Part shown: positions 10,356 through 21,267 of the stretch, one piece after another
Layout of the letters: every line of letters begins with the position of its first letter
Position numbering within the stretch: position 1 is the stretch's first letter
Assembly: GCA_965277405.1 (NCBI GenBank)
Contig: OZ255726.1
Span: forward strand, 736,001-800,000
DNA length: 64,000 bases
Source: Gammaproteobacteria bacterium
GTDB lineage: Bacteria > Pseudomonadota > Gammaproteobacteria > G965277405
Direction of reading: 5' to 3'
Notes under the pieces: model-generated
What the model was told of the DNA's origin: nothing
The model's database searches: none
What the model saw: only the letters and a program-made list of their open reading frames with translations
Program-made: the position numbers and the translations under genes

Positions 10356-11780
10356 ATGAATAATTGGCAACAAGCAATTGTGCTTATAAGCACTATAGTT
10401 GTATCAAGCTTGAGTATTGCGCAGCAAGATAGCGTACGCGGTTCGCAAATAACATTGGGGCAATCCTACCATACAGCAACAACGTTTGGGCTAACAGGCA
10501 ACCCAGCAACCTCATTATCGCAACAAAAGTCATGGTTTCACGCTGATAGTGACACGGTGACAACAGACACATGGCGGTATGCGGGCAATATAACAAATTA
10601 TGGACTTGGTTATGAAGTACCCGATATAGTCAAAGCAAATGATAAACTTGATGATATCATCGAAAATATTGAGGGGAGTAAATCACTGAGCAGAGCACAA
10701 GTTGTTGTCAAAGCTGCAAATGATGCATACACTGAATTTAAAAATGAACATATCAACTTGTATGTTGACGGCGTATTGAGCCAAGGTTTAAGCAATGTAG
10801 GTCTACCGGTGTTGTCCTCTGCAATGGTATATCTACCTTTGTTACGCGGCACTGTTGGTCTGCAATGGGATTCAGTTAGCAGCGTTGATTTGAGTTTCAG
10901 TGGCTATGGCAAATTTGATACAAGTCCATTAAAATCTGACTCAGACTGTTATCGTCATGCAAAAAGTCAAGCATGTTTAGCTCAGATACAGGCCCTTGAT
11001 CTGGCGACAAGGCACGAATATTTCGGGGCAAGTTGTAATACAGGTAAAGAGCCAAGTTGCCACTTAACCGTTACCGTCGATTCATCAAATTATCAGGTGA
11101 TCCGCGCTGGAACGTTGTCACAACTTGCACTATCATATGGCAGATTTATCCACTATTTCGATCATAAATCTCAGTGGCTGGCTGGTAATGTATTTGTTGG
11201 GGGCAGGATAAAGTTATATACTGCCGACGTATTGGTTGTCAAGCATCAGCTAACCTCTGAGAATGCAACTGATAACGACGATCGTATCGAAAATGACTTA
11301 AAAGACGCTGTTAGCAAAAAATCAACTAGGGCGAGCCTTGATCTTGGTGTGCAGATGCAAACAACTACCTCAGTATATGGTTTGGTCATCGAAGACCTGC
11401 TCATCCCCAGGTTTGCATATACTGATGGCTCTACGGTCACCTTGAAACCAAAATTGATTGCCAGCGGCACGGTGTTTTTTAACGATAGCAAGAGCCTACA
11501 CGCAAATTTGCAATGGGACCTTAACAGCGGTAGAAATATAGCGAACAATCAAACCCAATGGACTGTAGTCGGGCTTGGCTATACTCCAGACAGCTATTTG
11601 ATTCCAGCAATACGCATCGGTAAACGCTGGCAGAATGCTGGCGACAATGCCTTAAGCTATAATGCCTTTGGCTTTACACTATTCAAAACAGTGAACTTTG
11701 ATGCGGCAATCAGTAACAAGTCAACTGGGGATTCGCCTCAAGGAATATTATTCAATCTAGGATTTTATCTCGATATTTAA
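10356..11780 (+). CDS. Exported outer-membrane beta-barrel-like protein, TraF-like
   Basis: Signal peptide, GNPA motif, alternating beta strands, terminal FNLGFYLDI. Confidence 0.55.
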   Translation: MNNWQQAIVLISTIVVSSLSIAQQDSVRGSQITLGQSYHTATTFGLTGNPATSLSQQKSWFHADSDTVTTDTWRYAGNITNYGLGYEVPDIVKANDKLDDIIENIEGSKSLSRAQVVVKAANDAYTEFKNEHINLYVDGVLSQGLSNVGLPVLSSAMVYLPLLRGTVGLQWDSVSSVDLSFSGYGKFDTSPLKSDSDCYRHAKSQACLAQIQALDLATRHEYFGASCNTGKEPSCHLTVTVDSSNYQVIRAGTLSQLALSYGRFIHYFDHKSQWLAGNVFVGGRIKLYTADVLVVKHQLTSENATDNDDRIENDLKDAVSKKSTRASLDLGVQMQTTTSVYGLVIEDLLIPRFAYTDGSTVTLKPKLIASGTVFFNDSKSLHANLQWDLNSGRNIANNQTQWTVVGLGYTPDSYLIPAIRIGKRWQNAGDNALSYNAFGFTLFKTVNFDAAISNKSTGDSPQGILFNLGFYLDI

Positions 11781-11908
11781 TTGCGATACTTCACATTACA
11801 ATAATTTCACAAATGTATGGACTCCATCGAGAAACATGCATAAACAGCACCCAAAATTACCCTATTACAACTTATGCAGAACTTCTATAAATAAATGAAA
11901 TTATATGC

Positions 11909-11937
11909 TTGTCCTTCTTTGGTGGTTTTGCTATAAC
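11909..11937 (+). promoter_or_regulatory. Sigma70 promoter of rpmB-rpmG
   Basis: TTGTCC-17 bp-TATAAC with TG extension, 30 bp before the rpmB ATG. Confidence 0.6.
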
Positions 11938-11967
11938 CCGCAACGCTTATAAATATTTAAAAAAATT

Positions 11968-12192
11968 ATGTCAAAAGTTTGCCAAGTAACAGGAAAGTCA
12001 CCACAAGTCGGGAATAATGTGTCACATGCCAATAACAAGACTAAGCGTAGGTTTATGCCTAATTTACGCTATAAGCGCTGTTGGGTGGCATCAGAAAATA
12101 GGTTTATTCGCCTGCGCGTTTCATCAAAAGGGCTGCGTATTATTGATAAGAAAGGAATCGACGCGGTATTGCTAGCAATACGCGCCAAATAG
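11968..12192 (+). CDS. rpmB: 50S ribosomal protein L28
   Basis: [28 protein letters not shown]. Confidence 0.97.
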   Translation: MSKVCQVTGKSPQVGNNVSHANNKTKRRFMPNLRYKRCWVASENRFIRLRVSSKGLRIIDKKGIDAVLLAIRAK

Positions 12193-12200
12193 GGAAATAC

Positions 12201-12356
12201 ATGAGAGATAAAATAAAAATGGTTTCGTCAGCTAAAACAGGACACTATTATACAACAGACAAAAACAAAAAAAACTCAACAGAAAAGCTCACCATGAAAA
12301 AATATGACCCAGTTGTCCGCCAACATGTCGAATACAAAGAAGCAAAGATTAAGTAG
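12201..12356 (+). CDS. rpmG: 50S ribosomal protein L33
   Basis: Manual translation [51 protein letters not shown]; below the ORF-track length cutoff. Confidence 0.96.
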   Translation: MRDKIKMVSSAKTGHYYTTDKNKKNSTEKLTMKKYDPVVRQHVEYKEAKIK

Positions 12357-12376
12357 TTTAATTATTGTTGTTACTA

Positions 12377-12404
12377 GGGGAGCCTATATTGGCTCCCTTT
12401 TTTT
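12377..12404 (+). terminator. Rho-independent terminator
   Basis: GGGAGCC-TATATT-GGCTCCC followed by a T run. Confidence 0.85.
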
Positions 12405-12429
12405 GTCCAAAATTCAAATGAGGTATTGA

Positions 12430-13575
12430 ATGACACAAGCTGTTGTATTGTTGCGCGATGGGCTAACCATTGTAGGTAGGCATTGCGGCGCAGACATTGC
12501 TACTGTGGGTGAAGTTGTATTCAATACAAGTATGACAGGGTATCAAGAAATTGTCACGGATCCATCGTATAGCCAGCAAATCATTACGTTTACAACAGCA
12601 CACATTGGTAATACAGGGGTAAATACAGAAGATACCGAGTCAAATACAGTCCATGCTCGAGGGGTTATTATCCGCGACTTAAGCCAGCAATACAGTAATT
12701 GGCGCGGTCAAATGACATTCGCTGCGTATTTACAACAACATCAAATTACAGGTATTTACGCTATAGATACTAGAATGTTGGTTCGCCATCTCCGTGAGCA
12801 CGGTAGTCAAGATGGTGCAATCGTGCCAGTAGCGACGACGGTGGCGACGGCACTTGGCGTTGCTAAGCAGTTATTAGCAGGTTTTGCTGGCATAGAGCAC
12901 GCTGATTTGGCAACTACGGTAACAACAACACAAAAATACATTCATACGCAACATGTTTGGGCATTCAATAGCCCGATGCAAACTCAAGTAACTGGTAGCA
13001 AAACCATTGCAGTCATCGATTATGGGGTGAAGACAAATATTCTGCGGTTGATCCGTTCAGCAGGGGTCAAGGTTATTGTATTACCAGCAACAACCACAGC
13101 AGAACAAATATCAGCGGTGAAGGCTGATGGAGTGGTGTTGACAAACGGTCCTGGTGATCCGCATGCAATTAGCTATACAGTCAAACAAGTGCGTAGCGTT
13201 CTAGCCCTTAATATCCCAGTTTTAGGTATTTGCTTGGGCTGCCAAATTCTGGCTCTTGCCCTTGGGGCAACTACGAAAAAGATGAAGTTTGGCCATCATG
13301 GGGCTAACCATCCAATTATCGATGTGGAAACAAAGGCCGTGAGCATAACCAGCCAGAATCATGGGTTTTATATTGACGAAGTCACCCTGCCAAACACTAT
13401 ACACGTTACCCATCGCTCGCTATTTGACGGATCTATTCAAGGGATACGCGCCAAACAAGGGAATGTGATTGGCTTGCAAGGGCACCCTGAAGCCAGCCCA
13501 GGACCCAAAGACATCCAGCACATCTTCGCAAGTTTTATTGATGCAATACCAACTCCCCATGCCGCAGCGAACTGA
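12430..13575 (+). CDS. carA: Carbamoyl-phosphate synthase small subunit
   Basis: [39 protein letters not shown]. Confidence 0.96.
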   Translation: MTQAVVLLRDGLTIVGRHCGADIATVGEVVFNTSMTGYQEIVTDPSYSQQIITFTTAHIGNTGVNTEDTESNTVHARGVIIRDLSQQYSNWRGQMTFAAYLQQHQITGIYAIDTRMLVRHLREHGSQDGAIVPVATTVATALGVAKQLLAGFAGIEHADLATTVTTTQKYIHTQHVWAFNSPMQTQVTGSKTIAVIDYGVKTNILRLIRSAGVKVIVLPATTTAEQISAVKADGVVLTNGPGDPHAISYTVKQVRSVLALNIPVLGICLGCQILALALGATTKKMKFGHHGANHPIIDVETKAVSITSQNHGFYIDEVTLPNTIHVTHRSLFDGSIQGIRAKQGNVIGLQGHPEASPGPKDIQHIFASFIDAIPTPHAAAN

Positions 13576-16500
13576 TATACAGACCGTCCTTATTCTAGGT
13601 GCAGGCCCAATCATCATTGGCCAAGGCTGCGAGTTTGACTATTCAGGGACTCAAGCATGCCGAGCGCTGCAGGAGCTTGGGTATCGGGTGGTATTGATAA
13701 ACTCAAATCCAGCAACAGTGATGACCGATCCGGCAATTGCAGATGCAACCTATGTTGAGCCGTTAACATGGCAAACTGTTGAACGGGTGATACAACGAGA
13801 GAAACCTGATGCAATATTACCGACAATGGGTGGACAAACTGCACTCAATATTGCATTACAGCTGCATGAAAAGCGCGTCCTTGAACAACATAATGTCCAA
13901 CTGATTGGTGCGCAACCAGAGGCCATTGAAAAAGCTGAGAATAGACAATTGTTTAGTGAGGCGATGCAGGAAATTGGTCTGCAGACCCCAAACTCTGGGA
14001 TTGCCACCACGATGGCGCAATGCTATGAATTACTTGAACGTTTTGGTACACCGTGTGTCATTCGCCCATCATTTACACTTGGTGGTAGTGGCGGCGGCAT
14101 TGCGTATAACGTTGAAGATTTTGACAAAATTTGCCATGGTGGGTTAGAGCTTTCGCCAATCCAGCAATTGCAAATTGACGAGTCGCTGTTGGGTTGGAAA
14201 GAGTTTGAGATGGAAGTCATTCGTGATAGCAATGACAACGCAATTGTTATTTGTTCGATTGAGAATTTCGACCCGATGGGGGTGCATACAGGCGATTCTA
14301 TTACTGTCGCACCCGCACAAACTCTCACCGATAAAGAATTGCAAATAATGCGTGATGCGGCGCTGGCGATCATTCGAAAAATAGGTGTTGAAACCGGCGG
14401 CTCAAATGTCCAATTCGCCATACATCCACAAACAGGCGTTATGGTGGTAATTGAAATGAACCCGCGCGTTTCTCGCTCATCAGCACTTGCCTCCAAAGCA
14501 ACTGGCTACCCAATTGCAAAAGTTGCTGCGCAGCTTGCGGTTGGATTGACGTTGGAGGAAATTGATAATGCGATTACCTCTGGGCGAATACCTGCTTCGT
14601 TTGAGCCAACGCTTGACTATGTTGTTACTAAGATTCCACGGTTTGCATTTGAAAAATTTCCACATTCAAGTGGCATTCTTTCTACGCATATGCAATCCGT
14701 CGGCGAAGTGATGGCGATTGGTAGTACGTTTGCAGAGTCTTTACAAAAAGCGTTGCGTTCGTTAGAAAATGGCAAACTTGGACTGTTGCCAATCGGTGAC
14801 GGCATTGCTGAAAATGGCGCAGTGGCTGATGATGTAGATAGAAAAAAAATCATCACAGCGCTTGCTGTACCAACCGAACATCGTATTCGCTATATTGGTG
14901 ACGCTTTACGGATTGGATTGAGTGTCAAAGAAATATACAAAGAGTCCCATGTAGATCCATGGTTTTTGTACGCGCTACAACACATTATCAATTTGGAAAC
15001 CCAGCTGCGAACGGCAAAAAAAATCGACATGCAGTTATTACTAGAGGCAAAAAAACTAGGTTTTGCTGACCAGCGTATTGCTGCAATACGCAACATGGAA
15101 GAGCAGCAAGTGCGCAGTTTGCGGCAGCAGTTTGCACTCCACCCTGTATATAAACGCATCGACACATGCGCTGGAGAGTTTGACGTTGACACGGCATATA
15201 TGTATTCAACCTATCAGCAACAATGTGAGGCACGGCCAAGCGATGTAAAAAAAATTATCGTACTTGGAGGTGGTCCGAACCGCATTGGTCAAGGTTTGGA
15301 ATTTGATTATTGCTGTGTTCACGCTGCGTTGACATTGCGCGAATGCGGCTATCAAACCATTATGGTGAACTGCAACCCAGAGACTGTTTCTACTGACTTT
15401 GATATTTCAGATAGATTGTATTTTGACCCAGTGACTTTAGAAGATGTGTTGGAAATCATTCGTATTGAGCAGCCAACAGGGGTGATTGTGCAATTTGGCG
15501 GGCAGACACCGTTAAATATTGCGCAAGCTCTTGAGGCGGCTGGCGTGCCAATTTTGGGGGTACAGCCCCGCGATATTGCTTTGGCTGAGGATCGCGAAGC
15601 CTTTCAAAACATTATTCAAGAATTGCAATTACTGCAGCCTATAAATGCCATTGCCCGTACAGTGGAGCAAGCACAACAGCGTGCCGATGCCATTGGATAT
15701 CCGTTGGTGGTGCGACCATCTTTTGTCCTAGGTGGCCGGGCGATGGAAGTGGTGTATAACGCCGCTGACCTTGCGCATTACATGCATACTGCAGTGCAAG
15801 TCACGCCAGGTTCTCCAATTTTACTCGATAAGTTTTTACACAATGCCATTGAAGTCGACGTCGACGCCATTAGTGACGGTGTCGCCGTGACTGTTTGCGC
15901 GGTAATGGAACACATCGAGCCTGCGGGGGTGCATTCTGGTGATTCATCGTGCAGTATACCTGTGCGTACGTTGTCAGCCGCAACAGTTGCATCAATCGTC
16001 GCACAAACATCCAAACTAGCACTGCGTTTGCATATTGTTGGTGTGCTGAATATTCAGTTTGCAGTACAAGGTGACGACGTGTATGTGCTCGAGGTAAACC
16101 CACGAGCATCACGAACAATCCCATATGTTTCTAAGGCGACTGGGGTGTCTGTAATTAACATCGCTACCCGCGTAATGCTGGGTAGCACATTGCAACAACT
16201 TAATTTTATCGAAACGCCCAAACCACTACTGTGGTTTGTGAAAGAAGTTACGTTACCATTTCGTAAATTTTACAATGTTGATCCAGTACTTGGACCAGAA
16301 ATGCGTTCAACGGGGGAGGTCATGGGAGTCGGCAGTACATATGCCGAAGCCTTTGGCAAGGCATTGCTTGCAGTTTCACCAGATACACAACGGATATTTA
16401 AGCAAAGCCCTGGAGTACTATTGAGTGTTCGCAATGCCGACAAAGCAGCAGGGATGGCAGTAGCAAAAGAGCTGATTGCGCTTGGCTGCGTAATGTATGC

Positions 16501-16807
16501 CACTAGAGGGACGCAGGAATATTTACAACGACATGATGTAGCTGTTGAATTAGTACATAAAATATTTGAAGGCACGCGGCCTAACACACTAGATGCGATT
16601 AAAAATAGAGACGTGTGGTTATTGATAAATACAACATCAGACCGGGCTTCCTTGTTAGACTCTGAAAATCTACGCAAAGCAGCGCTGCGGCATAATATTC
16701 AAATAGCTACTACGATTGAAGGAGCGCGCGCCATTGCGTCCGCGTTGGCTAATATTGAACAAGGAGCCGTGCGTAGTTTGCAAGAGATTCATCGTGGCGC
16801 GTTGTAG
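13559..16807 (+). CDS. carB: Carbamoyl-phosphate synthase large subunit
   Basis: Start MPQRTDI; [17 protein letters not shown]; two ATP-grasp halves; MGS domain. Confidence 0.97.
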   Translation: MPQRTDIQTVLILGAGPIIIGQGCEFDYSGTQACRALQELGYRVVLINSNPATVMTDPAIADATYVEPLTWQTVERVIQREKPDAILPTMGGQTALNIALQLHEKRVLEQHNVQLIGAQPEAIEKAENRQLFSEAMQEIGLQTPNSGIATTMAQCYELLERFGTPCVIRPSFTLGGSGGGIAYNVEDFDKICHGGLELSPIQQLQIDESLLGWKEFEMEVIRDSNDNAIVICSIENFDPMGVHTGDSITVAPAQTLTDKELQIMRDAALAIIRKIGVETGGSNVQFAIHPQTGVMVVIEMNPRVSRSSALASKATGYPIAKVAAQLAVGLTLEEIDNAITSGRIPASFEPTLDYVVTKIPRFAFEKFPHSSGILSTHMQSVGEVMAIGSTFAESLQKALRSLENGKLGLLPIGDGIAENGAVADDVDRKKIITALAVPTEHRIRYIGDALRIGLSVKEIYKESHVDPWFLYALQHIINLETQLRTAKKIDMQLLLEAKKLGFADQRIAAIRNMEEQQVRSLRQQFALHPVYKRIDTCAGEFDVDTAYMYSTYQQQCEARPSDVKKIIVLGGGPNRIGQGLEFDYCCVHAALTLRECGYQTIMVNCNPETVSTDFDISDRLYFDPVTLEDVLEIIRIEQPTGVIVQFGGQTPLNIAQALEAAGVPILGVQPRDIALAEDREAFQNIIQELQLLQPINAIARTVEQAQQRADAIGYPLVVRPSFVLGGRAMEVVYNAADLAHYMHTAVQVTPGSPILLDKFLHNAIEVDVDAISDGVAVTVCAVMEHIEPAGVHSGDSSCSIPVRTLSAATVASIVAQTSKLALRLHIVGVLNIQFAVQGDDVYVLEVNPRASRTIPYVSKATGVSVINIATRVMLGSTLQQLNFIETPKPLLWFVKEVTLPFRKFYNVDPVLGPEMRSTGEVMGVGSTYAEAFGKALLAVSPDTQRIFKQSPGVLLSVRNADKAAGMAVAKELIALGCVMYATRGTQEYLQRHDVAVELVHKIFEGTRPNTLDAIKNRDVWLLINTTSDRASLLDSENLRKAALRHNIQIATTIEGARAIASALANIEQGAVRSLQEIHRGAL

Positions 16808-17865
16808 TGATACTTGCTCGATATATCTTGCGCGAAGTGCTATCGAGCATCATCGTTGTATTTTTGGTGCTGTTTTGCATTACCCTTGCAACCCAACTCA
16901 ATGTTTTATTACGGTGGAACTTAGACCAGCCAGCGTACGCAAAATATATATTGCCAATTTTACTCCACAGCGTGCCGCATTACCTCAGCGTGGTTGTGCC
17001 GATAGCATTTTATTTTGGCTGTGTTTTTGCGCTTGGGCGGCTGCATAGCAACTATGAAATAATCACGATGTATTCATGCGGAATGTCGCAAAAAACATTC
17101 CATGGAGCATTATTGTTGTTAACGATGGCATTTACCGCAATAGCGGTGTATATCAATATGTATGCTGCACCAGCAAATGCTCGGCAATTAAATGCCATCG
17201 TGCAAGTCCAACGGCAACATGATTTATTTGATGTCTTAACGAGTGAAAATTTCTATACAGTTACGGGAGCACAACCAGCAACAATATACATTGAGAAAAA
17301 GGACAAAAACTCATTTAGCAATGTATATATCGCTCAACTTGGTATAGCAACACAACAGGATACATTTACGTTTGCACAACACGGCAGTGTGAATACAAAA
17401 AAAGGACAACGATATTTTGATTTGCATGCTGGGTATCAGGTGCGCACGAATAATAATACCCAGACAAGCGCAACAACAACGTTTGATGTAATGAGTTTAA
17501 AACTACCTAATCATCAGCAGCTAGCCAATGTTGAAAAAAAAGAAATGCTCAGCAACACCGCGTTATTGCGTTCAGAAAAACATGAATACCGTGAACACTG
17601 GTATTGGCGTGTTGCGTTGGTTTTAACAATTCCTACATTATATTTATTAAGTATATTGATAGGAAAAGTTGCGCCAAGGCAGGGGAGTTTTCGCAACTCA
17701 TTACCGGCATTTATTATATTAGTCGGTTATTTTGCTGCACTTATTGGCGCATCGCAACTGGCTAAACAGCCACAGAATCCTGCATTTCTCTCGATTATTG
17801 CTGCTCCATTAACCGTCATTATCGTATACGTCGGCGTTTATACTAGGCTGAGATTATCGCGATGA
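16807..17865 (+). CDS. lptF: LPS export permease LptF
   Basis: MILARYILRE, LGRLHSNYEI..MYSCG, PRQG; paired with lptG. Confidence 0.85.
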   Translation: MILARYILREVLSSIIVVFLVLFCITLATQLNVLLRWNLDQPAYAKYILPILLHSVPHYLSVVVPIAFYFGCVFALGRLHSNYEIITMYSCGMSQKTFHGALLLLTMAFTAIAVYINMYAAPANARQLNAIVQVQRQHDLFDVLTSENFYTVTGAQPATIYIEKKDKNSFSNVYIAQLGIATQQDTFTFAQHGSVNTKKGQRYFDLHAGYQVRTNNNTQTSATTTFDVMSLKLPNHQQLANVEKKEMLSNTALLRSEKHEYREHWYWRVALVLTIPTLYLLSILIGKVAPRQGSFRNSLPAFIILVGYFAALIGASQLAKQPQNPAFLSIIAAPLTVIIVYVGVYTRLRLSR

Positions 17866-18938
17866 TGTTGTTAGAACGATATATTGCGACGCGCGGATTA
17901 CAAGCATCACTCAATATTTGGTTAGGGTTGACGACGTTATTGGCTGTTTTTGGTTGTATTGATGAGCTTGATGAGTTAAAGCAAGCATACGATGGCATTC
18001 ATATGTTGCTGTATATTGGACAAAAATTGCCAATCCTGGCATTTAATATTTTCCCAACGGCCTGCTTGATTGGCACAATGATTGCAGTTGGCGCCATGAT
18101 GGCACAATCCGAATTTGCAATAATACGTTGTAATGGAATCGGTCTTTGCAGCATCGTCATCTGGTCAATATTGCCGTTAGTGCTCGTAGCTGGTGTATTG
18201 GTCGTGTTATATGACAGCTACTTTATTGGCTGGCATCAACAAGCCGAAACCACTCGAGATAAATTGCGCAAGAATATTCCAGCACCTGATTATGCAAGTA
18301 TTAGTAAAACAACATGGCTTAAAGAGAACAACGCGATTATATCGGTAGGCTCAGTAGCTAGTAATGGCACAGTGCGCAATATACACGTTTGGTATCTTGA
18401 CCCAGCAACTCAAAACCTTACCAAGTTTGTGACGGCAGAGCGCGGCACATTAGCAAATGGAGAAATTATACTTGACCATGGTAGGGAAGTTAGTCTGAGC
18501 TCACACTCAATGCGCTGGGCTAAGATTAACAAAATACCGCTAACAACAGACCAGCAGACAATGCAATGGCTGAGTGTGCGCACACCTGAGTATTTAACAA
18601 TGCAAAATCTCTATCGAATAACTGAATATCTCAATACGCAACAACTCAACAGTAATACATTTGGCTATGCATTGTGGCAAAGAGCATTGTTTCCTATTTC
18701 GATTGTGGTGCTGGTAGTGTTTGCTGTCGGCTTGGTTGCTGGTCCACTGCGCGGCACACCAGTGTCGACACGGATATTTGTTAGCGTATTAGTAGGAATA
18801 TTAATTCAGTTTGTGCTCCAGCTCCTCGGATCGATTAGCGTTGTTTTTAGTTTTGACCCGTTATTGTTTGTATCTGTTCCTATGGCTGTGATATTTGCTG
18901 TTGGCTGTTGGTTTTTTATGCGACACAATACGGGGTAA
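17862..18938 (+). CDS. lptG: LPS export permease LptG
   Basis: LLERYI, SEFAIIRCNG, GPLRG motifs. Confidence 0.85.
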   Translation: MMLLERYIATRGLQASLNIWLGLTTLLAVFGCIDELDELKQAYDGIHMLLYIGQKLPILAFNIFPTACLIGTMIAVGAMMAQSEFAIIRCNGIGLCSIVIWSILPLVLVAGVLVVLYDSYFIGWHQQAETTRDKLRKNIPAPDYASISKTTWLKENNAIISVGSVASNGTVRNIHVWYLDPATQNLTKFVTAERGTLANGEIILDHGREVSLSSHSMRWAKINKIPLTTDQQTMQWLSVRTPEYLTMQNLYRITEYLNTQQLNSNTFGYALWQRALFPISIVVLVVFAVGLVAGPLRGTPVSTRIFVSVLVGILIQFVLQLLGSISVVFSFDPLLFVSVPMAVIFAVGCWFFMRHNTG

Positions 18939-18947
18939 ATGCACATT

Positions 18948-19346
18948 TTAAGTCTCCATTACTTGTTGCAACCTCCCAAGTAACGCAATGTTGGCAGGAA
19001 GCAACGACCATGCCGATAGGTTTGTGGTATGCACCCAAGCAAGTTCTTGACCTTCCATTCCGTGTGGCTGACCATCCCACGCGGTAACAATAAAAAATTC
19101 CCTCGCTATATCTCCGTGCAGATACGCAGCACTGCTGCGGGAAAAAAAACTGGATAGGGAAATACTAATCCCGAGTTCTTCGTGTAATTCTCGATGCAAC
19201 GCCTGCTGGTAACTTTCATCGGCTTCACATTTTCCACCAGGAAACTCCCATAGCCCTGCAAGTAGCGTTTCCTTGCGGCGCCTGCCGAGCAGCACGCAGT
19301 TATTATCAACTATAATGCCTATCGCAACACGCAGGTTTACCATCAA
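18948..19346 (-). CDS. mutT: 8-oxo-dGTP diphosphatase (NUDIX)
   Basis: WEFPGGKCE.DES...ALHRELHEELG, GMEGQ. Confidence 0.85.
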   Translation of the reverse strand: MMVNLRVAIGIIVDNNCVLLGRRRKETLLAGLWEFPGGKCEADESYQQALHRELHEELGISISLSSFFSRSSAAYLHGDIAREFFIVTAWDGQPHGMEGQELAWVHTTNLSAWSLLPANIALLGRLQQVMET

Positions 19347-19350
19347 TAAC

Positions 19351-19818
19351 TCACAGGTTATTTGATGGTGACTTGTGTTTAGTGATTGCGTCTATGGTGT
19401 TTTTAAACTCGCTCACGTCATTGTAATCAAGATACACAGAAGAAAAGCGCACATAAGCAACTTCATCAAGTTCAAGGAGGGCGTCCATCACATATTGTCC
19501 AATCAGCTTAGTGGTAATTTCATCACCACGAAAATCATGGATGCGGGTTATAATTTGATTGATGCAAATATCAATCTTTTCATTACTAATACGATTGCAT
19601 GCGCGGTTGAGACCCGTACGAATTTTATCTTGGTCGAAACTTTCTTTGCGACCAGAGTTTTTTAGCACGCGTGGCATAATCAACTCAAACCGCTCGTATG
19701 TAGTAAACCGTTTGTTACAAACATCACAGCCACGCCTGCGACGCACACTACTGTTATCTGGACTCAAACGGCTGTCAATAACGCGAGTATCAGCTGCGGC
19801 ACAATAAATACACTTCAT
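19351..19818 (-). CDS. nrdR: Transcriptional repressor NrdR
   Basis: CxxC, RVIDSR, RRRRGC..C..RFTTYER, DEVAYVRFSSVY. Confidence 0.96.
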   Translation of the reverse strand: MKCIYCAAADTRVIDSRLSPDNSSVRRRRGCDVCNKRFTTYERFELIMPRVLKNSGRKESFDQDKIRTGLNRACNRISNEKIDICINQIITRIHDFRGDEITTKLIGQYVMDALLELDEVAYVRFSSVYLDYNDVSEFKNTIDAITKHKSPSNNL

Positions 19819-19824
19819 AGTTAT

Positions 19825-20064
19825 GGAACCTCTGATTAAGTCGCTGACGGAGCGAGTTTGATGGCAATTGCTGATGATTGCAAGGCGCTAAGCGCATGAC
19901 CTAGCTATACGCCAAGAGATGCAACACAGCAAGTACCGCTGCCGCAAACCATCATATATTCAACACAACGACGGGAAAAAAGCTGCACTGTGTCGATGCA
20001 GCACTTGGCAATACCCACACAATACCCACAAGACCCACCAATGTTATCTGCGCACTGCGCTTAA
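19825..20064 (+). mobile_element. ~300-bp MITE family copy, truncated at its internal TTAA
   Basis: GGAACCTCTGATTAA TIR; body matches 41527-41820. Confidence 0.85.
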
Positions 20065-21105
20065 CAGGCTGTTAAAAATTTATCATATAAATAAGCCTCA
20101 AGACTGCCAAAATTGATTTTTTAGCGCACATCAGCATGATACAACACCAAGATTGCGCACGCGTACCAAGTTATACGCGGCCATGGTGAATACAAATTGA
20201 TGGTTCACTTTGCTATTACCACATACTTTCCTTTGTGAAGTCCGCCAATAGTCTTAGCCCAGCCAAAGACTTCTTGTATGCGTTTGCGTACTTTTTGGCT
20301 GGTTTGCTACCCGGGGTGTCTCGTCGTTCGTTGATCTATTGATGAACTTCGTTTTGCTGTGTTTTGCGCAACGTGGGGCGTCACGCTCAATTCACGGCAT
20401 TGCTTGGCATTGCTTGGCATTGCTTGACAAGGCCTTTGGTGTCGTATTTCTTGTCCGCTGCCAATGTCACTTGGCGATTTCCTGGAATATTGGCAAGCAT
20501 TTCTATCGCAGCATCGGTTGCAGCGGTGCCGCTGAACTGTTTGCTATGTGCGTCTACCACCAAACCATTGCGGTTCTCAATCATAGTATTGCCCACGTAA
20601 CACGGTATTGCCGCTTGGGCTTGGCTTTTCTTGACAAAGCGCGCTTCGGGATCTGTGGTAGATTGGTGGGTAGCGCGGTGGCGTTTCTTGCCTTTAACAT
20701 CAATCCGTTTGTTGCTGCTGCCATAATTGTGGTCATCGTCGTCTTTCATGTGGAAGCTTTTCACTGATGCCAGCGCATGAAGCAATGTTCCATCCACACT
20801 GAAATGTTCGTCTGCAAGAAGGCCTGCTGTTTCAGCCTGTTGTTTGATGCGAATGAAAAACTCAACAGCAGTATTTCCCGCAAGAAGACGATCGCGGTTT
20901 TTGGTGACGGTTGAGTGATTCCAAATACCATCATCCATACAAAAACCGACAAACCAACGGAACATCAGGTTATAGCCAATTTGCTCCATCAACGCACGTT
21001 CGCTGCGGATCGTGAAAAGCGCCATCAACAACTGGGCACGCAATAATTTCTCTGGTGGTATACCTGCTCGTCAGCTTGGGGCATACAAAGTATTGAAGTG
21101 GCCGT
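20065..21105 (-). pseudogene. IS5/IS1182-like transposase remnant (DUF772-type)
   Basis: IRSERALMEQIGYNLMFRWFVG, HFSVDGT, STTDPEAR, ENRNGL; frameshifted at a triplicated GGCATTGCTT; end CAGGCTGTTAAAA; 5' truncated. Confidence 0.85.
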
Positions 21106-21267
21106 TCATCTCCTACAACGCCACATCGACCATTTTCTTGATATGGAGAATTGGCTGATTTTGGGGTACTGCGCTTGCAGGCGACAGGGTGCTGAACATT
21201 CTAGCTTGGGTGAAATCAGTTCCTCGTATCGAATTATCTCAGGAAAATAAACATTATACCTTATTAA

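Noticed and set aside
10356-11780. Conjugative element implied by the TraF-like gene
   Set aside because: No relaxase, coupling protein, T4SS or integrase nearby
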